A stretch of 64,000 bases of DNA. Origin: Bradymonadia bacterium (GTDB lineage: Bacteria > Myxococcota_A > Bradymonadia > UBA7976 > UBA1532). Each line of letters opens with the position of its first letter. The stretch's first letter is position 1. Position numbers and translations under genes: made by a program. Shown here piece after piece: positions 32,524 to 41,811 of this stretch. The notes beneath the pieces are model-generated. The model was not told the DNA's origin and ran no database searches. It worked only from the letters and a program-made list of their open reading frames with translations. The stretch is from assembly GCA_046290225.1 (NCBI GenBank), contig JBKAGE010000042.1:43299-107298 (forward strand), given 5' to 3'.

Positions 32524-33666
32524 CTAGATTTCGAGGCCCCAGCGGCAGATGATCTCGTTCATCACCTCTGTGGTCCCACCCCCGATGGCCAACAACCGGG
32601 CGTCACGGCTGAGGCGCTCCACCCGTGACTCTCGCATGTAGCCCAGGCCTCCGAGCACCTGCACCGCGCCGTAAGTCACCTGCTCCGCCACCTCCGCAGC
32701 GAAATTCTTCGCCATGCTCACCTCTGCAGGTGACGCCTCTCCAGCGAGGGCTTGTTGAGCCAGCACGTAGTTGAAGCGCTTGCACGCCGCCACTTGAGTG
32801 GCCATGCGGGCCAGGCGGTGTCGGATGGCCTGCATCTTCGCCAGGGGTTTACCGAAGGCCGTGCGCTCTTTGGCGTAGGCCACCGCGTCTTCCAGGGCCA
32901 CCTCCGCCGTGGCGTGACCGTAGAAGGCCAGCGCCAGCCGCTCGCTCTGGAAGTTCTGCATCAGGGCCACGAAGCCTGACCCCTCGGGGCCTACGCGGTT
33001 GGCCACCGGCACCCGCACCCCGTCGAAGCTCAGCTCAGCCGTATCGCTCGCCCGCCAGCCCGTCTTCTTGAGCGCACGAGAAGCCGTGAAGCCCGGCATC
33101 CCCTTCTCCACCACGAAGAACGTCAGCCCACCGTGGGGATCAGGCCCGGTGCGGGCGAGGGTCATCACGATGTCGGCCCGCATGCCGCTGGTGATGTAGA
33201 GCTTCGCCCCATCGAGCACATAATGATCGCCATCGCGCACCGCCCGGGTCTGCACCCCGGACACGTCGCTCCCAGCGCCGGGCTCCGTGATGGCCAGAGC
33301 CGCGATGTGCTCCCCCCTCAGCACCGGAGGGATGAAGCGCTGCTTCTGCGACTCGTCGCCGAGGATGTAGAGGGGCGGCAGGGCGATGTTGAGCGAGCCC
33401 AGGCCTGCCACGAGGCCCCCAGAGCCGGCCCGCATCATCTCCTCGATGAAGACCAGCTGCATGAGCTGATCCCCCCCAGACCCCCCATAGGCTTCGTCAT
33501 GGCCAGCGCCGAGGATCCCGAGGGCCCCCGCCCTGTCGTACAACGCCCGGGGGAAAATCTCCGCCTCTTCCCATTCGACGATGTGCGGGGTGACCTCATC
33601 AGCAGTGAAACGGCGGATCATGGCCCGGAAGATCTCGTGGGCCTCGCTCAGGGGGATGTGGGGCAT
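32524..33666 (-). CDS. Acyl-CoA dehydrogenase
   Basis: AITEPGAGSDV, GAKLYITSG, QVLGGLGYM and IGGGTTE motifs. Confidence 0.92.
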   Translation of the reverse strand: MPHIPLSEAHEIFRAMIRRFTADEVTPHIVEWEEAEIFPRALYDRAGALGILGAGHDEAYGGSGGDQLMQLVFIEEMMRAGSGGLVAGLGSLNIALPPLYILGDESQKQRFIPPVLRGEHIAALAITEPGAGSDVSGVQTRAVRDGDHYVLDGAKLYITSGMRADIVMTLARTGPDPHGGLTFFVVEKGMPGFTASRALKKTGWRASDTAELSFDGVRVPVANRVGPEGSGFVALMQNFQSERLALAFYGHATAEVALEDAVAYAKERTAFGKPLAKMQAIRHRLARMATQVAACKRFNYVLAQQALAGEASPAEVSMAKNFAAEVAEQVTYGAVQVLGGLGYMRESRVERLSRDARLLAIGGGTTEVMNEIICRWGLEI

Positions 33667-33696
33667 GACAGGCTCTCGGGGTCGGTGGCAGACCCC

Positions 33697-33954
33697 TCAA
33701 GCGTAGTACGGATTGTCCCCCGAGGTGTGATCGGTGACGTCGATGATCTGTTTGACCCTGGGAAACGCTGCGAAGATCTCCCGCTCGACGCCCTCGCGCA
33801 ACGTGGCCGCCGCAGAGGAGCAGCCCTGACAGCCGCCGCTCATGGCCACATAGGCGATGCCGTTGGCGTAATCGACCAGCTCGATGTGACCACCGTGGGC
33901 CGCCACGGCTGGGTTCACTTTTTCGTCGAGCAGCTTTTGTATCCTGCGCCTCAT
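33697..33954 (-). CDS. NifU/NfuA C-terminal domain Fe-S carrier protein
   Basis: VNPAVAAHGG, GGCQGC and DVTDHTSGDNPYY motifs; start uncertain. Confidence 0.8.
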   Translation of the reverse strand: MRRRIQKLLDEKVNPAVAAHGGHIELVDYANGIAYVAMSGGCQGCSSAAATLREGVEREIFAAFPRVKQIIDVTDHTSGDNPYYA

Positions 33955-34016
33955 GGGATTGGTTCCTCGGATTCGGGCTGTGATGTGGTTAAGAAGCCCG
34001 AGGGTTTGAGAGGGTT

Positions 34017-34898
34017 TCAGTTGATGACGGGAAGAGCCAGATCGGGGTTCCGTGGTGCAGGGGCACCACCACACCCTTCGTCGGCAGCTTCGGCAGGGGT
34101 CTCGCCCTCGGCAAACGCCGCCCAGGCCTCGGCCACCTTGGTGTCGAGCAGGTGGCTGGGGCGCACATTCTGCAGCGCCGCGAGCATCACCGTACGCACA
34201 TCGGGGATCTCACCCTCGAGGCGGGTGAGCAGGGCCTCGATGGACTGTCGCTTGAGGCCCGACTGGCTGCCGCACAGGTTGCAGGGCAGGATCGGGTAGC
34301 CCACGTTCAGAGCATGCTGGGCGATGTCGCGCTCGGCGCACTCGATGAGCGGACGGATCACGTCGAAGCGCCCATCATCGGTGGTGTAGCTCGCGGGCAT
34401 GGCCTGCAGCTTGCCGCTGTAGAACAAGTTCATCAGGAACGTCTGCAAGCTGTCGTCCCGGTGATGGCCCAGGGCGATCTTGTTGCACCCGAGGCGCTCT
34501 GCGGCCTCGTAGAGGATGCCCCGACGAAACCGCGAGCAGGGCGCGCAGTAGGTGCCACCTTCGGGGGTCACCGACTTCACCACCGAGTACGTGTCCTTGC
34601 GCAACAGTTCATAGGGCGCGCCGTAGGCCTCGAGCCACTCGGCGAGCGGGCGGCCGTCGTATCCGGGCTGTACCTGATCGAGATGAACCGCTACGAGATC
34701 GAAGGGCACGGGAGAGCGCTGCTTCGCCTGCCAGAGCAAGTCGAGCAGTGTGTAGCTGTCTTTGCCGCCAGAGACAGCCACCATGATCTTGTCGCCGGGG
34801 TTGATCAGCCCATAACCGGTGACGGTCCGCAGCATTTTCCGAGACAGCTTGCGACGGAGCTTCTCGGCAGCGACAGCTTCGGGGTTGGCGGTGGTCAT
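34017..34898 (-). CDS. ttcA: tRNA 2-thiocytidine(32) synthetase
   Basis: SGGKDS PP-loop, CAPCSRFRRG, LGHHRDD and PCNLCGSQ motifs. Confidence 0.93.
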   Translation of the reverse strand: MTTANPEAVAAEKLRRKLSRKMLRTVTGYGLINPGDKIMVAVSGGKDSYTLLDLLWQAKQRSPVPFDLVAVHLDQVQPGYDGRPLAEWLEAYGAPYELLRKDTYSVVKSVTPEGGTYCAPCSRFRRGILYEAAERLGCNKIALGHHRDDSLQTFLMNLFYSGKLQAMPASYTTDDGRFDVIRPLIECAERDIAQHALNVGYPILPCNLCGSQSGLKRQSIEALLTRLEGEIPDVRTVMLAALQNVRPSHLLDTKVAEAWAAFAEGETPAEAADEGCGGAPAPRNPDLALPVIN

Positions 34899-34968
34899 GG
34901 CACGTCTCCCGTCGATCAGGGCGCGACAGGGTAGCAGAATTTCACACCATGTTCAGCGCAGTGAGCGC

Positions 34969-35775
34969 TCACGGCCCGTGCCAGCGCATGCGATGTTGTT
35001 GCACCGGGTGGCGTTCGAAGCCTGCGGCGTCGAAGAAACCCGCCCACGCCGAGATGATCTTCGGCACCACCATCCAGCGTCGGTTGGGCCACCGGGCCCA
35101 CGCCGCCCGCAAGATGCGATGACCGTGACCCTGTCGCCGGGCGTCCGGGGGCACCGAGAGCCCTCTGATGCGCACCTCCTCCGCTGACGGATCGGCGAGC
35201 ACCAGGGTCGCAGGCCCCAGAGCCACAGCCATTGCAGGTGCCGACAGCGCCCCCATGTTCGCGGTGCTCAGCAGCCAAGTGGGATCCGGATCCCCATCTC
35301 GAACGAGACGCGCAGCGGCTTCATCGAGGCTGATCTTGGTCAGCTCCGCCGCGCAGCCTTCAGGGTTGGAGATGATGTGGCCCGACAACTGGTCGACCAC
35401 AGTGAACCCCGCCTTCTCGTACACCGCGATGGCTGGGGTGTTGGTGCTGATCACCTCCAGCTCGAGGGTGCCGCCCCCCTGCTTCAGGTGCTCGACGATG
35501 GCGGTGCAGATGCCCTGTCGACGCCACGGCGGAGCCACCCCCATACTGGCGATCCGCCTGAAGTCGCCCTTTCGGGCCACCATGGCCAGCGCAGCGTCAG
35601 CGTCGCCCTTGCGCACGACGACGCACTCAGATCGTTCGATGCCGTCGACCTGTATCCACATTTCGACCTGAGCCTCGGTGAGCGACAGCGGTACGACATA
35701 TTGCTCGAAGCCCCGATTGAACATCCGGGTCAGCTCCACCACCGTGCGCCCCTCGGCGGTCTCGAGCTGCATCAT
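34969..35775 (-). CDS. GNAT family acetyltransferase (tandem GNAT)
   Basis: Two RRQG acetyl-CoA motifs; N..AIAVYEKAGF. Confidence 0.8.
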   Translation of the reverse strand: MMQLETAEGRTVVELTRMFNRGFEQYVVPLSLTEAQVEMWIQVDGIERSECVVVRKGDADAALAMVARKGDFRRIASMGVAPPWRRQGICTAIVEHLKQGGGTLELEVISTNTPAIAVYEKAGFTVVDQLSGHIISNPEGCAAELTKISLDEAAARLVRDGDPDPTWLLSTANMGALSAPAMAVALGPATLVLADPSAEEVRIRGLSVPPDARRQGHGHRILRAAWARWPNRRWMVVPKIISAWAGFFDAAGFERHPVQQHRMRWHGP

Positions 35776-36452
35776 TTACCCGCTTTGGCTGCTCGCCGGG
35801 CCACCATGCGCTCGATATAGGGGATCGCCTCAGGGGTCTGACAACCTGTCTCTCCGTGATCGACCACCACAGGGCCGATCTGCTCGGCGGCGTCGATGGC
35901 AGCCTGTTGCAGTTCGGGCAACGTACCGCCGATGGCGATGAGGGTGTTGTTCATCGAGTAGCGTGTGCGGTTGCCGCTCTGATGAATCCCCGCGACGATG
36001 CGCTCGAGCAGGCCTCGGGCCTCGTCGACCTCGACCTTGCCCTTCGTCACCAGGGCCGAGTACACCGTCCAGCCCGCCGCGGCGCCGAAGTCGGCCTCTC
36101 GCTCGATCCACGACCGGGCGAAGGTCAAGGCTTCGGGTGACTTCGCCGCGAGGGCACACACCGCGTCATTGATGGGGTAGCTGTCACAGGCCGCCGACCA
36201 CGCCTCGATCACCTCTGGCGAGAAGCGACGGGGCTCGACGATCTGAGTGGCGAGCACTCGGGCATCGTGATTGCCTGTTTCCCACAGCTGCATCGCCAGG
36301 GCGTCGTCGCGCCGATGCAGCTTCGTCAACGTCTTCAACGCAGCGACGCTCACCCCGAAGGTCTCGCCCTGCACACCATGTCGTCGGTAGATGGCCACAG
36401 TGCCCGGTTTCCCCGCGGCTTCCAGGGCCTGCATGACCTCGCTCAATGCCAT
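35772..36452 (-). CDS. DNA alkylation repair (AlkD-like HEAT repeat) protein
   Basis: LWETGNHDARVLA, RYSMNNTLIAIG and VDHGETGC motifs; start uncertain. Confidence 0.8.
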   Translation of the reverse strand: MALSEVMQALEAAGKPGTVAIYRRHGVQGETFGVSVAALKTLTKLHRRDDALAMQLWETGNHDARVLATQIVEPRRFSPEVIEAWSAACDSYPINDAVCALAAKSPEALTFARSWIEREADFGAAAGWTVYSALVTKGKVEVDEARGLLERIVAGIHQSGNRTRYSMNNTLIAIGGTLPELQQAAIDAAEQIGPVVVDHGETGCQTPEAIPYIERMVARRAAKAGK

Positions 36453-36560
36453 CAGAAGTCTCCAACCGTTCAGTATTTGTGTTCAGTAGGCAGAGGATGA
36501 CACAATTACGGTCTGATCCGCTGCATTCCGCTCTGGATTCTCGACCTGGATCTCACCACA

Positions 36561-38204
36561 ATGCCGCGCATGCCCAGACACCGCCAGAGCGCTCTGCTCG
36601 ACGCCATCGCTGCCGAACTGGGGGGCACACCCAGCGCAGCGCAGGTCGACGCGCCCCAACAAGAGCACCCGCAGCCACAGTCAGCGCCCCAACAACCGGA
36701 CGCTCTCCGTGGAGATGCGCCGTTCAGCACGCCTCAGGCCGGACCCCACAGCGACCCGTACGACGATCCCTCCGAAGCCACCGTGCCCGACGATCCGCCG
36801 CGGTCGGTGGGCAACGACGCCTTCTCGGTCTCCGAGCTGACCCGGCTCATCAAAGATCGCCTCGAAGGTGAGTTCGCCCAGGTCTGGCTCGAAGCCGAGG
36901 TGAGTCAATTCACCGAGGCCCGCTCGGGGCACATCTATCTGACCTTCAAGGACGCTCACGCCCGCATCGACGCCGTGGTCTGGCGCAACCTCGCCCGCAC
37001 CCTCGACTTCGACATGCGGGTGGGCCTCAAGGTGCTCGCCCTGGGCAAGGTCTCGGTCTATGCCCCCCGCGGGGACTACCAGTTCATCGTCGAGAAGATC
37101 TCCGACGCCGGGGCCGGGGCCCTCGAAGCGGCGTTTCGGGCGCTGCGGGCCAAGCTGCTCGCTGAGGGTCTCTTCGACCGCGAGCGCAAACAAAGATTGC
37201 CGTTCCTGCCTCGAAAGGTGGGAGCCATCACCTCGGGCACCGGCGCCGCCCGCCGGGACATCGAGGCGGTCCTGCATCGACGCAGCCCGCAGATCCCGCT
37301 GGTGCTCTACCCGGCCAGAGTGCAGGGCGAAGGGGCCGCCGCAGACGTAGCCCGAGGCCTCGCCCGCTTGGCGAAAGAGCCCGAGGTCGACGTCATCATC
37401 GTGGGCCGGGGTGGGGGCAGCATCGAAGATCTCTGGGCCTTCAACGAAGAGGTGGTGGTCCGGGCCATTGCCGCGTGCCCGAAGCCGGTCATCAGCGCCG
37501 TGGGCCACGAGACCGACACCACCCTCTCCGATCTCGTGGCCGATCACCGGGCTGCGACTCCTTCTGCTGCGGCCGAAGCGGCGGTGCCCGTGCGCAACGA
37601 CATGCTCTTCGAACTCGACGAGCTGAGCCACCGCATGACCGCAGCCCTGGAGCGCCGCATCGAACGCCGCCGGGAGCACCTGAACTTCCTGCAACAGCGT
37701 TTGTCCCGGGCCCTCAAGGTCGACGCCCGACGCCTGGCCCTCAAGAAGCTCGAGCGCCGCCTCGAGTGGGTGATGCAGCAACGCCTCGTCACCCGAGAGC
37801 AGGCTCTGAGCCGCCTGCAACAACGCCTCGCCCGCCAACACCCGAAGGCCCGCCTCGCCCGAGCGCGGCAGACCCTCGACGTGGCCCGGGCCCGTCTGTC
37901 GGAGCTGGGCTTCGACCACGTACAGGCCGCCCGGGCAGACTTCCGGGTCTTGTTGGGCAAGCTACACACGTTGTCGCCTCTGGCCAGCCTCGGCCGGGGC
38001 TACAGCATCACCCGGCGACCCGAGGGCCCGCCGGTGGCGAGCTACGACGATGTGCAACCTGGAGAGTCGATCCAGATCTTGTTGCGCAACGGCTGGATCG
38101 AGGCCGAGGTCACCGGCGCCGGCAAGGGCCTGCCCTCAGGGCTCGATCCAGAGTCGTCCATCCCCGACGACCTGCTTCCAGATGACGCATCTACAGACGA
38201 GTGA
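36561..38204 (+). CDS. xseA: Exodeoxyribonuclease VII large subunit
   Basis: SGHIY, RGGGSIEDLWAFNEE, SAVGHETD and ATPSAAAE motifs; low-complexity N-terminal extension. Confidence 0.93.
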   Translation: MPRMPRHRQSALLDAIAAELGGTPSAAQVDAPQQEHPQPQSAPQQPDALRGDAPFSTPQAGPHSDPYDDPSEATVPDDPPRSVGNDAFSVSELTRLIKDRLEGEFAQVWLEAEVSQFTEARSGHIYLTFKDAHARIDAVVWRNLARTLDFDMRVGLKVLALGKVSVYAPRGDYQFIVEKISDAGAGALEAAFRALRAKLLAEGLFDRERKQRLPFLPRKVGAITSGTGAARRDIEAVLHRRSPQIPLVLYPARVQGEGAAADVARGLARLAKEPEVDVIIVGRGGGSIEDLWAFNEEVVVRAIAACPKPVISAVGHETDTTLSDLVADHRAATPSAAAEAAVPVRNDMLFELDELSHRMTAALERRIERRREHLNFLQQRLSRALKVDARRLALKKLERRLEWVMQQRLVTREQALSRLQQRLARQHPKARLARARQTLDVARARLSELGFDHVQAARADFRVLLGKLHTLSPLASLGRGYSITRRPEGPPVASYDDVQPGESIQILLRNGWIEAEVTGAGKGLPSGLDPESSIPDDLLPDDASTDE

Positions 38205-38265
38205 GGGCTCACCCGTGAGCCGAAAGTGAGGGCTCATACATGAGCCGAAAGCAAAGGACGAACCC

Positions 38266-38508
38266 ATGAGCGACCAAACCACCCTGCCGATCCGGGGCCT
38301 CAACGAAGAGCCGCCGCCCTTCGAGCACGTGATCCGAGAGCTGCAGGGGCTGGTCGATCGCCTCGAGAGCGGCAACCTGCCCCTCGACGAGGCCCTGGCC
38401 CTCTACGAGCGGGGCGTGCACCTCGCCAACCAGGGCAACACCCTGCTCGAGGGCGCCGAGCGCCGCGTCGAGGAGCTGCAGAAAGATCTCATGGGAGACG
38501 ATCTGTGA
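38266..38508 (+). CDS. xseB: Exodeoxyribonuclease VII small subunit
   Basis: FE..LE.GNLPLDEALALYERG motif; follows xseA. Confidence 0.9.
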   Translation: MSDQTTLPIRGLNEEPPPFEHVIRELQGLVDRLESGNLPLDEALALYERGVHLANQGNTLLEGAERRVEELQKDLMGDDL

Positions 38509-39350
38509 AGCCCGAGCTGAAAGACCACTGGGGCCGTCTCAAGGGCCTCTTCGAGAGCGCCGTCGAGGCCCACATGGCCACCGCCTGGGCCCACTGGCCC
38601 GAGCAGCTCGCCGAGGCGAGCACCTACGCCCTCACCAGCGGCGGCAAGCGGGTGCGCCCAGTGCTCTCGCTCATGGTGGCCGAGGCCTGCGGGGCCCCCA
38701 CCGATCAGGTCATGCCCTGGGCCCTCGCTGTAGAGATGATCCACAACTACAGCCTAGTCCACGACGATTTGCCCTGTATGGACGACGATGATCTCCGCCG
38801 GGGCCGTCCCACCACCCACATCAAATATGGTGAGGGCATGGCGGTCCTCGTGGGCGACGTGTTGCTCACCGAGGCCTTCGGCGTTGCCGGGCAGCTCGAC
38901 ACCCCACAGGTGGGGCAGCTGATCCGGTTCCTGAGCCAATGCGCTGGCGGCCCGGGCATGGTGGGCGGCCAGGTCCTCGACATCGGCGGCCACTTCCCCG
39001 ATCTGCCCGCCCTCGAAAAGGTGCACCGCCTCAAGACCGGGGCCCTCTTCGAGGCGTCGACCCGAGGCGCCGCCATCGCCGTGGGCGCCTCACCCGAGAT
39101 CGTCGAGGCCATGACCGAGTACGGCCGAGCCATCGGCCTGCTGTTCCAAATCACCGACGACATCCTCGACGCCGAGCAAGACGCCGAGGAGCCCGGCCGC
39201 AGCTACCTGCACCACCTGAGCCCCGACGAGGTGAAGGCCCACCGCGACGCCACCGCCGCCCGCACCGTGGAGATCGCCCAGCAGGCCTTCGGGGCCCGGA
39301 GCGAGGTGCTGCAGTGGGTGGTGGAGTACATCGCCCATCGCGATCTCTGA
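38505..39350 (+). CDS. ispA: Polyprenyl (farnesyl/geranyl) diphosphate synthase
   Basis: GGKRVRP, HDDLPCMDDDDLRRG and FQITDDILD motifs. Confidence 0.9.
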   Translation: MKPELKDHWGRLKGLFESAVEAHMATAWAHWPEQLAEASTYALTSGGKRVRPVLSLMVAEACGAPTDQVMPWALAVEMIHNYSLVHDDLPCMDDDDLRRGRPTTHIKYGEGMAVLVGDVLLTEAFGVAGQLDTPQVGQLIRFLSQCAGGPGMVGGQVLDIGGHFPDLPALEKVHRLKTGALFEASTRGAAIAVGASPEIVEAMTEYGRAIGLLFQITDDILDAEQDAEEPGRSYLHHLSPDEVKAHRDATAARTVEIAQQAFGARSEVLQWVVEYIAHRDL

Positions 39351-39355
39351 TCACC

Positions 39356-40105
39356 GTGCCGCCCAAGATCCCAAAAGCTCGCCTCGACGATTTGCTCGTG
39401 CAAGTGGGCCTCGCCCCTGATCTGCGCAAGGCCCGGGCCTACATCATGGCGGGGCAGGTGGTGGCCGGGGAGCGACGGGTAGATCGCGCCCACGAGAAGT
39501 TCCCTGTCGACACACCGGTGCGCCTCAAAGGGGTCAAGACTCACGGCTTCGTGGGCCGAGGGGGCCTCAAGCTCGCCGGCGCCCTCGATCACTTCCAGCT
39601 CGACCCCACCGGTCGGGTGGGCCTCGATCTGGGCGCGAGCACTGGAGGCTTCACTGATGTGCTGCTGCAACGCGGCGCCACCAGGGTGTACGCCGTCGAT
39701 GTAGGCCACAATCAGCTGCACAACAAGCTGCGGCAAGACGAGCGGGTCATCTCCCTCGAGAAGACCGACGCTCGTAATCTGAGCACTGCGCTGATCCCTG
39801 ATCCGGTGGGCGCGCTGGTGGCCGACATCTCCTTCAACAGCCTCGCCCGCATCATCGAACCGGCGGTGCAGCTGCTGGCGCCAGGGGCGTGGGCGGCGTT
39901 GTTGATCAAGCCCCAGTTCGAAGCCCGGGCCGACGAGGTGGGCGACGGCGGCATCGTGGCCGACGAGGCCCTGCACACCCGTGTCTGCGATGAGGTGAGC
40001 GAGGCGGTTCGAACGCTGGGGCTGACAGTGCTCGGGGTGGTGCCAGCAGCAATCCGTGGCGGGTACGGTAACCAGGAGTACATGCTCGGCGCAGTGAAAG
40101 CGTGA
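39356..40105 (+). CDS. tlyA: TlyA family rRNA methyltransferase
   Basis: S4 domain RLDDLLV; GRGGLKL, DLGASTGGFTD and LIKPQFE motifs; GTG start inferred. Confidence 0.9.
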   Translation: MPPKIPKARLDDLLVQVGLAPDLRKARAYIMAGQVVAGERRVDRAHEKFPVDTPVRLKGVKTHGFVGRGGLKLAGALDHFQLDPTGRVGLDLGASTGGFTDVLLQRGATRVYAVDVGHNQLHNKLRQDERVISLEKTDARNLSTALIPDPVGALVADISFNSLARIIEPAVQLLAPGAWAALLIKPQFEARADEVGDGGIVADEALHTRVCDEVSEAVRTLGLTVLGVVPAAIRGGYGNQEYMLGAVKA

Positions 40106-40108
40106 TGC

Positions 40109-40516
40109 ATGGCAAGCGCCGACTCCATCCATGACTTCAGTGACGAGATCCTCGTTCGATGCCCACGCTGCAAAGCCAGAGCGGTGGTCCGTGATGGCCG
40201 ATTGACGTGCAGTGCCTGCGGCCTCACCCGAACCTTTGAAGGCATCACTTACAACGAGCACCCATATGGCTCAGAGGTCGAGCTCTGGCTGAAGACGCCA
40301 TGTTGCGGCCACACACTCTGGGCCTACAACACGAGACACCTCACCTTCATCGAAGCGTTCATCGGCGCCGAAAATCGCCGCAGGCAGCTCGGTCGACATG
40401 AGGAAGGGTGTTCGAACACAGCGCTTGAGAGCCGCCTACCTCAGTGGATGAAGGATCGACGCAACCGCGAGAATGTGATGCGGGGGCTCCGGCAGCTCTG
40501 GCGCAGAATGCAGTGA
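40109..40516 (+). CDS. Zinc-ribbon hypothetical protein
   Basis: CPRC, CSAC, LWL..CCGHTLWAYN..HL and SRLPQWM motifs. Confidence 0.7.
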   Translation: MASADSIHDFSDEILVRCPRCKARAVVRDGRLTCSACGLTRTFEGITYNEHPYGSEVELWLKTPCCGHTLWAYNTRHLTFIEAFIGAENRRRQLGRHEEGCSNTALESRLPQWMKDRRNRENVMRGLRQLWRRMQ

Positions 40517-40595
40517 GCACCACCACTTTCATTGGACGTCTGGATTTGCCCAACTCCACCCCCTACCGTCATACCTGGAGTGAGGGAGTCATCAC

Positions 40596-40802
40596 ATGTC
40601 TACTCATGATATCAGCTCACAGACCGGGGCAGCGTTGATCGAGCTGCTTCAAGACAGTCCGCTCGACGATGTAGAGATGGATCATCCTCCATTCATCGGC
40701 CCCATCAGAGCCCCTGTCGACTTTGAGTCACCAGATCAATCGCCTGAGGCGCTCACACGTATGGATGATGACGCTGTTTCTGGTAATGAGGCCTGCAAAT
40801 GA
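40596..40802 (+). CDS. Small hypothetical protein, possibly antitoxin-like
   Basis: GGGAG RBS; short acidic ORF containing TGAALIELLQDSP. Confidence 0.35.
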   Translation: MSTHDISSQTGAALIELLQDSPLDDVEMDHPPFIGPIRAPVDFESPDQSPEALTRMDDDAVSGNEACK

Positions 40803-40809
40803 AACCGCC

Positions 40810-41319
40810 ATGAACCTCCACCTCGTCGACATCCAACCGGGTATGGTCGAGGCATGGCGTGAAACCTTCGCCCCTTACCCAGAAGTCTCGATTCAGTGCG
40901 CCGACATCCTCGATGTAGCCCATGGCACGCTCGTATCCCCGGCCAACAGCCATGGCTTCATGGACGGTGGCATCGATCGGCACTACCGAGACTTCTTCGG
41001 CCACGACATCGAACGAAAGGTGCAACGCGCCATCCAGCATAGGCCAGAGGGCCTGCTCCCCGTAGGCGCCAGCCTCGTGGTGGAGACCGGGCACGCGCGC
41101 ATCACTCATCTCGTCATCGCCCCGACCATGGAGATGCCAGAGCCAGTGCCAGCGAGCCATGCCTATCGAGCTTTGCGGGCAGTGCTGCGCATCGTTGGCT
41201 CAGACCCCATTTTGGGCGCTGACACCTATTGCCCAGGGCTGTGCACGCTCACCGGCCGTGTGCCCTATGCCGAAGCAGCACGAGAGATGGCTGAGGCGTA
41301 TAGAGATTGGAGCACCTAG
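40810..41319 (+). CDS. Macro domain (ADP-ribose processing) protein
   Basis: VSPANSHGFMDGGID, APTM and CPGLCT motifs. Confidence 0.88.
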   Translation: MNLHLVDIQPGMVEAWRETFAPYPEVSIQCADILDVAHGTLVSPANSHGFMDGGIDRHYRDFFGHDIERKVQRAIQHRPEGLLPVGASLVVETGHARITHLVIAPTMEMPEPVPASHAYRALRAVLRIVGSDPILGADTYCPGLCTLTGRVPYAEAAREMAEAYRDWST

Positions 41320-41321
41320 TT

Positions 41322-41624
41322 ATGGGTTGGGCCACCGCGTACATCGCCAAACTCAAAGCGGGAGAGACTGTACGCTTTCGCCCCCGTGGCGACTCGATGC
41401 AGCCCAAGATCTATTCCGGCCAGCTGTGCACCGTAGAGCCTGTCGATCCCGATGGCTTGAAGGTGGGTGACATCGTGCTCTGCAAAGTCAGAGGCAGTCA
41501 GTACCTGCACCTGGTCAAGGCGAGGCAAGGCCAACGGTTTCAGATTGGCAACAACCGAGGGCACATCAATGGCTGGGTGGGCCCCAACGCCATTTTCGGC
41601 CGCCTGATCTCCGTCGAAGATTGA
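41322..41624 (+). CDS. S24/S26 peptidase-fold small protein
   Basis: RGDSMQP, LKVGDIVLCKV and IGNNRG motifs. Confidence 0.7.
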   Translation: MGWATAYIAKLKAGETVRFRPRGDSMQPKIYSGQLCTVEPVDPDGLKVGDIVLCKVRGSQYLHLVKARQGQRFQIGNNRGHINGWVGPNAIFGRLISVED

Positions 41625-41811
41625 TCTACCTGTTGTGATCGTACTGTGAGGTCCGTCACCCATAATGGCCTATGGGGTCTCCACCCTGGACAGTCGAGTA
41701 GCCATTTAGGCGCCCATCACACCCCAGCGATCAGCGATATTCCGCCGATCTGATATCGCCTCCACATGGCATCACAATTGCTGTACCCTCCCACATCGTG
41801 CTCAGGAGTGT

